A stretch of DNA of 24,335 nt from the NCBI GenBank assembly GCA_029856435.1, contig JAHQXB010000019.1, positions 1-24,335 of the forward strand. Direction: 5' to 3'. Of this stretch, positions 8,324 to 16,614 are shown piece after piece. Positions within the stretch are counted from its first letter, which is position 1, and every line of letters begins with the position of its first letter. The notes under the pieces were generated by a model. It was not told the DNA's origin. It saw nothing but the letters and a program-made list of their open reading frames with translations, and searched no databases. The translations under genes were made by a program, and so were the position numbers. Source of the stretch: Candidatus Jordarchaeia archaeon (GTDB lineage Archaea > Asgardarchaeota > Jordiarchaeia > Jordiarchaeales > Jordiarchaeaceae).

Positions 8324-9685
8324 TTATGCTTTGCGTAAACTAAGCATTTTTATTATTCTCTCTGATTTTTCGATGGATTGCTGTGCGGCTTTGGTGGTTC
8401 TTTTCATTAGTTCTTCTTTATTTAGTGGTGATTCTTCCCCGACGAGTTTTTTAACTTTGGTGTAAGCTGCCTCGCGGTAGAGGGGCTGTAATGATTTGAT
8501 TTCTCCATCAGATATTAATTCGGCTCTTTTTGGAGTGTCAACTACCGCCCCTATAATATCACACTTGATTTTTGCTTTTCTTAACGCCCACAAGATTTCC
8601 TCTGAGTATTTTGGAGGGTTAAAAATTAGAAGAGAGTCTATCGAGACTCCGAGGTAGTCTATCTTGAAGTCGCGAAGCATTTTAAGCACTGTAGAATTTA
8701 CTAGTTTTTCTAACTTGTCCTCGTAAATTTTTATTCCCACATTAGCAGTTTTACAAATTTCGTTGCAGTCTCCCCTTAGCCCCCCATTGGTCCAATCGGT
8801 AGCAGCGTGTATTTTTTTAAACAAGTTTCCCTCCATAAGTATTTCACAAGCCTTTATGAACTGCAGATTCAAAGTCTCCATAATCACCTCTGGCCTTCCA
8901 CCATAAATCGCAGTGGTAGCTATTGTGCCTCCCCCAGCACCTTCAGTCATAATTATGTCGTCTCCCGGCTTGACCTTAGCTCTCGCCGCAATAAGGTGGG
9001 GTTCTCTGACTACACCCACCGCTCCAACACAAGAAACAAATCTGGTTCCTATAACCATGTCTCCTCCAATTCTAAGTGTGGATCCAGCTACGAGGGGCAC
9101 TCCAGTCAACTTGGAAACCGTTCTTACACCCGCCATAAAGTCAAACAGCTTTCCCACATCACCATCATCTGCAAGATGAAGATCTGTGAGTAACGCTAGG
9201 GGTTTTGCTCCTTTAATATAAACATCCCTCATGGTGGCTCTGGTCACGTGAAAACCTGCAATGAAGGGGAACTCTGTGAGCCTTGAATGGGTTCCATCGA
9301 CAGAAATAACTATTACGTCATGCTTACCCTTAACTGCACCAGCATCGTCTTGAGCGCCAGGGCCTAATATGGTGTTTATTCCCACATCGCTTATTTTTGC
9401 AAGCAATCTATGAACAAAGAAGTCGCCCTCTCCGCGGCAGCCAACACCCAAATCATGCATACTCGCCCCACATTCTGGATAGTTTAGTATATCCGCAACT
9501 TTTTTTGAAGTTCTCTGATTAATTGCAGTCATAGTGTCAGAAAAAACCGCATTAGCCAGCTCTAAGGCTTCCGCATCTGATAAGTCCTTATATATTTTTA
9601 TTTCATCAACCAGACGGGATAGGATCTCCTCTTGGGAACACTTTTTAGCGTGTAGCTTTTTAATGAGCCCCTCTAAATCAGCCAA
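8324..9685 (-). CDS. AIR synthase-related (PurM/HypE/SelD fold) ATP-binding protein, archaeal family of unknown function
   Basis: GVGCRGEGDFFVH, QDDAG, VDGTHSRL, DVYIKGAKP, HAATDWTNGGLRGD. TTG start with GAGGAG upstream. Confidence 0.85.
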   Translation of the reverse strand: MADLEGLIKKLHAKKCSQEEILSRLVDEIKIYKDLSDAEALELANAVFSDTMTAINQRTSKKVADILNYPECGASMHDLGVGCRGEGDFFVHRLLAKISDVGINTILGPGAQDDAGAVKGKHDVIVISVDGTHSRLTEFPFIAGFHVTRATMRDVYIKGAKPLALLTDLHLADDGDVGKLFDFMAGVRTVSKLTGVPLVAGSTLRIGGDMVIGTRFVSCVGAVGVVREPHLIAARAKVKPGDDIIMTEGAGGGTIATTAIYGGRPEVIMETLNLQFIKACEILMEGNLFKKIHAATDWTNGGLRGDCNEICKTANVGIKIYEDKLEKLVNSTVLKMLRDFKIDYLGVSIDSLLIFNPPKYSEEILWALRKAKIKCDIIGAVVDTPKRAELISDGEIKSLQPLYREAAYTKVKKLVGEESPLNKEELMKRTTKAAQQSIEKSERIIKMLSLRKA

Positions 9686-10123
9686 ACGAATCTCCTCAAA
9701 ACCTTTTTTAAAACCAATAATCCCTTCAGTAAAGAAAATTGCTCTTTAAATTAGTACTTTACAAGCAACCACCGTCAACCTATAAAGGGTAAATTATGCT
9801 TGAATTTACTTTTCTCTACTAAAAAATTATTTGGGGAGTGTTATTAAACATTTACTGGTGAGTTTTCCATTAATTTTATGATTTGTATAGTCAAAAATCT
9901 GGAACGTTACTGCCCAAAGAAGTATTTAAGCCAACTTCGATATTTTTGTCCAATATTTGTAAACGTGTTTAGGGGCAAAGAATTAAATAAACAATTTGGA
10001 AAAGGGATTAATTGAAAGATTCGTGGAGAATATAATTTTTTTGTACTTGAATTCCAATTTTCATAATTAACGTTCTATTTGGATAGGGATTGGTTAAATT
10101 ATTGTTTTAGAGAGAGTTGGTTT

Positions 10124-10531
10124 ATGTCAAAAACTAAAGAATTTGAGGAAAGGGCTAAAAGGTACTTTGGGAAAGAGGTGACGGATAGGGATAGGGCGAT
10201 ATTTGAGGGTGGGATAACACTTGGCGCTATTTATCACCAATTTGTCGGAACGCCCATTTCTAGGGACGCCACTGTAGTTTCCGCACTTGAAAAGGCAATA
10301 GAGAAGACCATGTCACTTCAACCCTACATTGAAAGGGTGGAAGTCAAAATTGATACAAGTGAGATGCGCCAATCTTCACATCCCTATGACTATGGCGAAG
10401 TTGGAGGAAGGAACCTTTCAGTTAAGCTTGTATCTAAATATGGTAAAGCCCGAGTTTACATGAAAATGTTCTTTGTTCCAGAGCTTAATTATCCCCTTAT
10501 GTTTATAGAAAAAATTGAGGAGGAGAGTTGA
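10124..10531 (+). CDS. mptD: Archaeal dihydroneopterin aldolase
   Basis: DRDRAIFEGGITLGAIYHQFVGTP and ELNYPLM are signatures of the family. ATG 10124 is preferred over the ORF-track start at 10079. Confidence 0.9.
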   Translation: MSKTKEFEERAKRYFGKEVTDRDRAIFEGGITLGAIYHQFVGTPISRDATVVSALEKAIEKTMSLQPYIERVEVKIDTSEMRQSSHPYDYGEVGGRNLSVKLVSKYGKARVYMKMFFVPELNYPLMFIEKIEEES

Positions 10532-11970
10532 TGTTGGAAAGCCGAGGCGAAATATGGCCGTATCTAATTTTTCTACCAGCCGATCCCGAAAACCTGAAAA
10601 TATTTCTTACTGAAGTTCTGGGATCCCCCATAAGTTTGGATATTCTCGAAAAAATAAATGAGGGAACAGTATGCCAAAAAGATATTATTCGAAAACTTAG
10701 TTATTCAAATAAAACCATTCTTGCTCACTTAAAGACCCTAGTTGATTTACGTGTCATCCAAGAGTATTTCCAAGTTGAAGGCGGACGCAGAGTCATATGT
10801 TATAAGCCCAGCGATATAGGGCGCTGGATACTACTCATGTTTCAGAGAAAATTTTCCACAAATGATCTCGGTGAAATGTTAGAAGAACTTTTTAGTGTTT
10901 ATCTGAACAACGCGTTAGAACTATGCTTGAGCAGCGGTATTGACTTCACACGGTTGGCAACAATCTTTTCGAGATCTATGAGTGAAGGATTAATTAAACT
11001 CTCCGAATCTTCAAAATTGGAAACGCCCAGCGTGCTGGTATTCGGCTCGGTGGCCCTAGACACATTTTCTACTTTGGAGGAAAAAGGTGAATCAGGAGGT
11101 TCTAGGTTATTATACGAGCTGTACGAATTCCCAGGAGGCTCAGGAGGCAATGTAGCTGTTGCCCTCTCAAGGCTTGGTGTAAATACAAGTTTTATTGGAA
11201 AGCTAGGTGGAGACGCCGCGGCTTGGCAACTACTGAGTGATTTTATAAAAGAGGGGGTTAATGTTTCCGGCGTTGTAATTGATAAAGAGAAGAGGACTTC
11301 TAGGAGTTTCATAATTGCTGGGGAAACGGGAAAAAAGAGAACATATATTTATGCCACGAGAGATACAGCCCTATCAATTTCAAATCCTGACGAAATCAGA
11401 TGGAATCTTCTGAAAGATGCAGAGGTCTTCTACATAGGTGAAACCTTTCTTGAAATCAGCGAATTAATAGCAGGGTATGGCAAAAACCTTGGCAAAACAG
11501 TTGTATACCGCCCCACCATCCACTACTTAATCCAAGGTCTAGAAAAACTGGAGGGAATACTGAGAAATACAAACATTTTCATTATAAATGAAACGGGATG
11601 GCAAATCCTGAAGGAGAGGGGAGTCAAAAATAAAATGGAAGTTTTGGAAAAGGGGCCAGATATTTTCATAATTACCAGAGGAACCAAGGGTTGCGACACT
11701 TACACTAGAGAGTTTAGCTTCCATGTAGACGCTTATAGTGTTAAGACTACGGACGAGACTGGTGCTGGCGACGCATTTGCAGCAGGACTAATCGCCGCCC
11801 TATTGCAAGAAAAAGGTTTTGAGGAGTTAAAGGACTGCGTACTTTTTGCTTCTGCCTGCGCAGCTCTGGCTACCAGAAAAACGGGAGCAAGATCTTCATT
11901 ACCCAGTTTCGACGAAGTATTAGAGCTTTTAAAGAAGGAGCCTAAAGATGCCCAAAAAATTGAGCTTTAA
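10531..11970 (+). CDS. Winged-HTH (ArsR-like) plus PfkB/ribokinase-family kinase fusion protein
   Basis: N-terminal QKDIIRKLSYSNKTILAHLKTL (HTH) with wing. PfkB motifs PGGSGGNVAVALSRLG and DETGAGDAFAAG. ATG overlaps the mptD stop (TGATG). Confidence 0.85.
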   Translation: MLESRGEIWPYLIFLPADPENLKIFLTEVLGSPISLDILEKINEGTVCQKDIIRKLSYSNKTILAHLKTLVDLRVIQEYFQVEGGRRVICYKPSDIGRWILLMFQRKFSTNDLGEMLEELFSVYLNNALELCLSSGIDFTRLATIFSRSMSEGLIKLSESSKLETPSVLVFGSVALDTFSTLEEKGESGGSRLLYELYEFPGGSGGNVAVALSRLGVNTSFIGKLGGDAAAWQLLSDFIKEGVNVSGVVIDKEKRTSRSFIIAGETGKKRTYIYATRDTALSISNPDEIRWNLLKDAEVFYIGETFLEISELIAGYGKNLGKTVVYRPTIHYLIQGLEKLEGILRNTNIFIINETGWQILKERGVKNKMEVLEKGPDIFIITRGTKGCDTYTREFSFHVDAYSVKTTDETGAGDAFAAGLIAALLQEKGFEELKDCVLFASACAALATRKTGARSSLPSFDEVLELLKKEPKDAQKIEL

Positions 11971-12724
11971 CGAGTGGAACTCTTGGTACCATAAAATCAT
12001 CAAGGATTTTGGATACAGCGAAGATACAGACACGGAGGCAGCGCTGGTTCTTGAAAAAATTCTTGGCGACCAGAACCCAAAGGAACAGCTAAACCTTCTC
12101 AAAGAAAAAATCCATAATAAATGTGTTTTAATATATGGCTGTGGACCATCGCTTGAGAGAAATATTTCTGAAATCAAAAGAATAGGGCTAAATAAGATAT
12201 GCACCCAGATTGCCGCAGACGGCGCCACCTCAGCTCTACTCAAAGAGAACATTGTGCCAGAAATAATAGTTTCAGACCTCGACGGACGCATAGAGGATTT
12301 AATTTCGGCAAACAGTAAAGGTTCTATTTTAGTTGTTCACGCCCATGGAGACAACATTCCCGCCCTTAAAAGTTACGTGGGGAAAATGCCCGGGGTAGTG
12401 GTGGGAACGACACAAACTAAGCCCTTAACCCGCGTATTCAATTTTTTTGGATTTACCGATGGGGACAGAGCCATATTTTTAGCCCATGCCTTTGGCGCAC
12501 ACACAATTCTCCTGGCGGGATTTGACTTAGGTGAGAGGGTTGGAAAGTACTCAAAACCAGAATACAAGGAAGAAACGGCAATGACTCCAACTAAAAGGAA
12601 AAAGTTAGAATACGCTAAAGAACTGATAAAATGGTTAGCCTCTCAAACAAATACACTTATAGTCAATTTAACTGGAGCTGGGGAAGTAATACCCGGGATA
12701 AAAAATTTAAAATGGATAACTTGA
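11948..12724 (+). CDS. mptE: Archaeal 6-hydroxymethyl-7,8-dihydropterin pyrophosphokinase
   Basis: GCGPSL, AADGAT, IVSDLDG, VHAHGDN, GTTQ and GFTDGDRA. Overlaps the upstream gene by 23 bp. Confidence 0.9.
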   Translation: MPKKLSFNEWNSWYHKIIKDFGYSEDTDTEAALVLEKILGDQNPKEQLNLLKEKIHNKCVLIYGCGPSLERNISEIKRIGLNKICTQIAADGATSALLKENIVPEIIVSDLDGRIEDLISANSKGSILVVHAHGDNIPALKSYVGKMPGVVVGTTQTKPLTRVFNFFGFTDGDRAIFLAHAFGAHTILLAGFDLGERVGKYSKPEYKEETAMTPTKRKKLEYAKELIKWLASQTNTLIVNLTGAGEVIPGIKNLKWIT

Positions 12725-12747
12725 GAACGTAAAAAGATTTTCCTTTT

Positions 12748-13134
12748 TTAGATTTTGTAACCTTTTGGAATAGTAATACTCACTTCGATGACCTTGGAGT
12801 ATCTTACAGTGTCCTGCAAAAGATCTACAAGATTCTCAGAAATATCAATGGAGCCCATCACCCCCACAATTCTTACCCCCACTATGTAAGTCTCCATAAG
12901 AAACACAACCTTCCCTCTCTGGTCGCTTAGGGAAATTATAATAAAGGTGTTCGTGTATCTTCCCTTACCCTCTGGACCTACAACAAACAAATCTCTTTCA
13001 ATCACCCTCCCCTTTTCGGCCAAGTCACGCAAAAATTCCGGCCTGAGAACCTGTCTTCCCGTAACTCGACGGGTATCCATAAACTCGTATGGGGCGGCCT
13101 CCGGAGAATCCATTCTTACCTTCCAATAAGACAT
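12748..13134 (-). CDS. Hypothetical protein, paralogue A of 14217..14615
   Basis: Clear similarity to 14217..14615 (DTRR.TG..VLRP.FL..LA..G and PEGK..Y..TF). ATG 13134 follows GGGGTG and aligns with the paralogue start; GTG 13143 is an alternative. Confidence 0.8.
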   Translation of the reverse strand: MSYWKVRMDSPEAAPYEFMDTRRVTGRQVLRPEFLRDLAEKGRVIERDLFVVGPEGKGRYTNTFIIISLSDQRGKVVFLMETYIVGVRIVGVMGSIDISENLVDLLQDTVRYSKVIEVSITIPKGYKI

Positions 13135-13338
13135 CAATTTCACACCCCAGAAAAGAGGAAATCACTAATAAATGTTTTAGAGGTTTAACCCCCTAATAAA
13201 ACTTTCAAAAAAAGCTAAGAAATACATTAAAAATTTAAAAGGAACAATCTTCGGCGTTTTTCGAACAAAAAATATTTATTCCTCCACTTATTCGAGAACA
13301 TGGAAACCCAAATAGTTTTTAAAATGGGAGATGAATAG

Positions 13339-14103
13339 TTGACGCAACCAAAAATAATTGCAGTATCAGGAAAGGGTGGAGTGGGTAAGACGAGCTTTAT
13401 CGCTCTTGCCCTAAAAACTCTGCTAACGTCTAATCACGGGGAGATACTTGTGATTGATGGTGACGCTGACTCCAACCTACCAGAAGTTTTAGGAGTGAAT
13501 GTCAAAAAAACTGTGGGAACAATTGTGAATGATTTTAAAAGAAATATGGGTGGATTACCTCCAGGGGTTGACAAGAAGGATTACCTGGAGTCTCTAATCT
13601 TTAGCATCTTGCAGGAGGAAGAAAATTTCGACTTACTAGTTATGGGTGCAACTGAAAGGGAGGGCTGCTACTGCAGCGTAAACAATCTTCTAACAAAAAT
13701 AATGGACACCTTAACAAAAAATTATAAGTACACTCTACTAGACTTGCCTGCGGGTCTTGAACACGTAAGTAGAAGAACCAGTAAAAACATAAACCACATG
13801 TTCCTAATCACAGACGCTTCAAAAATGGGGTTGCAGACCGCAGCCCGAATTAGAGACCTAGCAAAGAGTCTCAAATCCAACTTCGAGCACATATACCTAG
13901 TCGGAAATAAGGTGACACCAGACATAGAACCTTTAGTAAAAGAGCAAGCACAAAAATACAATCTAGAATACGTTGGAAGCATCCCACCAGACGAGGAATT
14001 AGCACAATACAATCTGGAGGGAAAACCGCTACTCCTACTCCCAGAAACCAACCCCGCATACCAGACTGTGTCAAAAATTATAAAGTCCAAAATAACAGAG
14101 TAA
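13339..14103 (+). CDS. cooC: CooC/AcsF-type nickel-insertion ATPase (CODH/ACS maturation)
   Basis: Deviant Walker A GKGGVGKT, IDGDADSNL, metal-binding GCYC and DLPAGLEH.SR. Close to the ACDS operon. Confidence 0.88.
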   Translation: MTQPKIIAVSGKGGVGKTSFIALALKTLLTSNHGEILVIDGDADSNLPEVLGVNVKKTVGTIVNDFKRNMGGLPPGVDKKDYLESLIFSILQEEENFDLLVMGATEREGCYCSVNNLLTKIMDTLTKNYKYTLLDLPAGLEHVSRRTSKNINHMFLITDASKMGLQTAARIRDLAKSLKSNFEHIYLVGNKVTPDIEPLVKEQAQKYNLEYVGSIPPDEELAQYNLEGKPLLLLPETNPAYQTVSKIIKSKITE

Positions 14104-14216
14104 ACCAGAAATAACAAAATCTCAACTTATGAATATTAAACTAGTAAAGAAGAACGTTATTAACCCATTGTTGCTTAATTATGTGTTTTTGGCCAGATTA
14201 ACAGTTTTTATTGGGG

Positions 14217-14615
14217 CTATTGGTTTGTGATGTTTAATCTGTAGGTGGGGGGAAGAATGATTTTGAGTTTGTGGTTTTCTGTATTGGCGATTTGCTGAAG
14301 ATGTTCAAGGATTTTCTGAGCTCTTCGGGCACCATTAATAATGCCAACCATACGGATACCCAAGTCTATGCAGTGCTCAAAAAGCATTGTTACCTCTCCT
14401 AACTCGTCCCTTAGAAGTATCACAAGGAAGGTGTCAGAGTATTTCGGTTTGCCCTCTGGATCTATGACCTTAATTTCTCGTCTCACAATTTCTCCGTGTC
14501 GGGCTAGATGTTGAAGAAAAAGCGGCCTCAAAACAGCTTTTCCTGTTTGTCGCCGTGTGTCTTTGAATACAAGGCTTTCTGTTTGTGGTTGAATCTGAAC
14601 TTGCCAGTTACCCAC
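14217..14615 (-). CDS. Hypothetical protein, paralogue B of 12748..13134
   Basis: About 35 identities in about 80 hand-aligned residues with paralogue A. GTG start with GAGG upstream. Confidence 0.8.
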   Translation of the reverse strand: MGNWQVQIQPQTESLVFKDTRRQTGKAVLRPLFLQHLARHGEIVRREIKVIDPEGKPKYSDTFLVILLRDELGEVTMLFEHCIDLGIRMVGIINGARRAQKILEHLQQIANTENHKLKIILPPTYRLNITNQ

Positions 14616-14681
14616 CTTATTGACCTCGAAACATTTTTCCTTAAATTAATTTTGATGTGAATTTTGCTTATAACCCTTTTT

Positions 14682-14704
14682 ATTATGTAGCATAATTACA
14701 TAAT
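14682..14704. promoter_or_regulatory. Inverted repeat ATTATGTA-N7-TACATAAT, candidate operator in a divergent promoter region
   Basis: Perfect 8-bp arms between the divergent starts of paralogue B and the GNAT gene. Confidence 0.4.
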
Positions 14705-14825
14705 GAACCTACGTAATTTGAAGTTATTGGTACGAAAGGAATTTATAGAATATATAAAAATTTAGAAAGCATATAGCTACATTTATATTTTAAAAATATA
14801 AGTGTGGACGTGTAATTTTTATCCA

Positions 14826-15278
14826 ATGACGAACTTCGCAATTGAAAGGGCTGAAACCAGAGATATAGAAGTTCTGAACGAAATAGAGAGGGAATGCTTC
14901 GCAGAACAAGCCTTCCCAAAAAGCTTCCTAAAATACCTTATTCTCTACCCCCACTCCATTTTCCTTAAGGCCATGATAGGTGGGGAAATTGTGGGATTCA
15001 TAGCAGGCATTTTGCAAGCCTCACACAGAGTGGGTAGAATTTACACCCTTGACGTCAAGCCGGAATTTAGAAGAAGGGGTATCGCCTCAAAACTACTACA
15101 AACTTTGGAAAGCGAATTCAAAAACAGAGGAATAGCTTTCTCTGTACTTGAAGTAGAGGTGACCAACACAGCGGCTATAGGGCTATACCAAAAATTCGGA
15201 TATCGCTCCGTGAGGGTGCTGAAAAATTACTATGGAAAAAATCGCAACGGGTTGCAGATGGTGAAAAACTTGGTCTAA
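14826..15278 (+). CDS. RimI/Ard1-like GNAT N-acetyltransferase
   Basis: IYTLDVKPEFRRRGIASKLL (acetyl-CoA motif A), LEVEVTNTAAIGLYQKFGY and YYG. ATG 14826 is preferred. Confidence 0.9.
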   Translation: MTNFAIERAETRDIEVLNEIERECFAEQAFPKSFLKYLILYPHSIFLKAMIGGEIVGFIAGILQASHRVGRIYTLDVKPEFRRRGIASKLLQTLESEFKNRGIAFSVLEVEVTNTAAIGLYQKFGYRSVRVLKNYYGKNRNGLQMVKNLV

Positions 15279-15387
15279 CCCATCCGAAAAATATTATACT
15301 AGGATAGTGAACCTACTCATGAGGTTACCAAAACTGTTTAATAAGGACTGAGTTTGAGTTTCAAATTTTAAAAGAGGTGTATCAAAA

Positions 15388-15861
15388 GTGGTTTATGAGG
15401 AGAAACTGATTCAAAAAGTACTAGTGGCAATAGACGGTTCCATGTACAGTGACAAAGTGGCAAGATACGGAGAGGAGATAGCAAAACATCACAACGCAGA
15501 AATCACACTAATACACGTGGTTGAGCCACCAAAAATCATACTGCCCATGAGTGGTATGGAAACCACCCTACCCATGGCCGAAATAGAACTCACAGAAAAA
15601 CTAGCCACAGAAATGGAGAAAAAAGCCAAAAAGCTACTCAACCAATACAAAAAGGAAATGGAAAACAGAGGCATCAACGCTAAAATACTCATAGAAAGAG
15701 GAAACGTTTCTGAAACAATATTGACAATCGCCGAAGAGGAAGGTTATGACTTAATAATAGTAGGTTGCCGAGGACTGGGAAACATTAAGCGCTTCGTACT
15801 CGGAAGCGTTTCGGACAAAATAAGCAAACATGCAAACTGCTCAGTATTAATAGTACGCTAG
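15388..15861 (+). CDS. Universal stress protein (ATP-binding USP type)
   Basis: VLVAIDGS, IHVV and DLIIVGCRGLGNIKRFVLGSVS (G-2x-G-9x-GS). Confidence 0.95.
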   Translation: MVYEEKLIQKVLVAIDGSMYSDKVARYGEEIAKHHNAEITLIHVVEPPKIILPMSGMETTLPMAEIELTEKLATEMEKKAKKLLNQYKKEMENRGINAKILIERGNVSETILTIAEEEGYDLIIVGCRGLGNIKRFVLGSVSDKISKHANCSVLIVR

Positions 15862-16020
15862 AACAGCACCGTCTAAACCTACACCCCCTTAACAAAAAAC
15901 ACAATCCGTACATAATCAACGCGACAAAAGGAAGTTACAAATACGTGAATATTCCATAATTTTTACTACAGATCCCTTTAAGGGGTATTATTTTATTTTA
16001 ATGATGAATGTTTTTATCTG

Positions 16021-16250
16021 GAGCTGAAGCTAGCAGCCATTCTGACCCAGCGTTAACCTTGCGTAGCTTTAGGTCTTCATCCCTCGGTTTCGTGGAGAGG
16101 CTTTCTCCCGGGGAACGGTTGAAGCAGTTACATCTCTTTTGCTTTCGGTAGGGGATGTTCCCAGTTGTGGGCCCTGCCCCCTTTGAGCTTTTTCGAACTT
16201 CCCGCATTCCGAGTTGGAATCGGCTGCACGGCACATATTATGTGCATGGT
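16021..16250. other. Unexplained GC-rich intergenic island with hairpins (ncRNA or decayed element)
   Basis: 122/230 GC by hand count amid AT-rich flanks. Hairpin at 16202-16223 and palindrome GCACATA-T-TATGTGC at 16231-16245. Confidence 0.3.
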
Positions 16251-16469
16251 TGTTTTTAAGGGATAATAGATTTTGTTTTTTTAAGCCCTGTTAACAGTTG
16301 GAATCAAGTTAACAAACTTTATTCTAAATAGAAGCAGTTTTAACACCCCTAACCTTTTACCACAAAGGTTTACCAGAACTAAGTGTTATTTAAAAGTGGG
16401 AGTGGATTTACTTTTGCCACTATTAAAATATAGATAGCAAGCATTTTTGGTGGAAGAAAAATTTTGTTT

Positions 16470-16554
16470 ATTTTACCACCTTTACCAAGCGTAACCAAAA
16501 GGATAAGAAAAGAGCTACAAGTAGCCACTTTGTTGGGTAAAAAGGTGGTAAAAT
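16470..16554. repeat. 14-bp perfect inverted repeat downstream of cdhE
   Basis: ATTTTACCACCTTT (16470-16483) and AAAGGTGGTAAAAT (16541-16554), with imperfect extension inwards. Confidence 0.75.
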
Positions 16555-16614
16555 CGGGCGCCATTTTATGGTGCTAAAAATGGATTGTAAAAAGTAGGAA
16601 AATAAAAGGGGGAA

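Noticed and set aside
16001-16045. C/D-box sRNA (AUGAUGA...CUGA...CUGA)
   Set aside because: There is no C' box and the spacing is atypical. Not called as a feature; mentioned only within the island finding.
16021-16250. RNase P RNA, SRP RNA, tRNA, group II intron or hammerhead ribozyme
   Set aside because: The diagnostic motifs are absent on both strands: GAGGAAAGUCC with a pairing P4 partner, SRP helix 8, T-loop GTTCRA cloverleaf, domain V, and CUGAUGA/GAAA core.
15998-16564. ORFs 15998..16234 and 16379..16564 on the minus strand
   Set aside because: They have no recognisable homology or ribosome-binding site, and coincide with the GC island and the inverted-repeat cluster.
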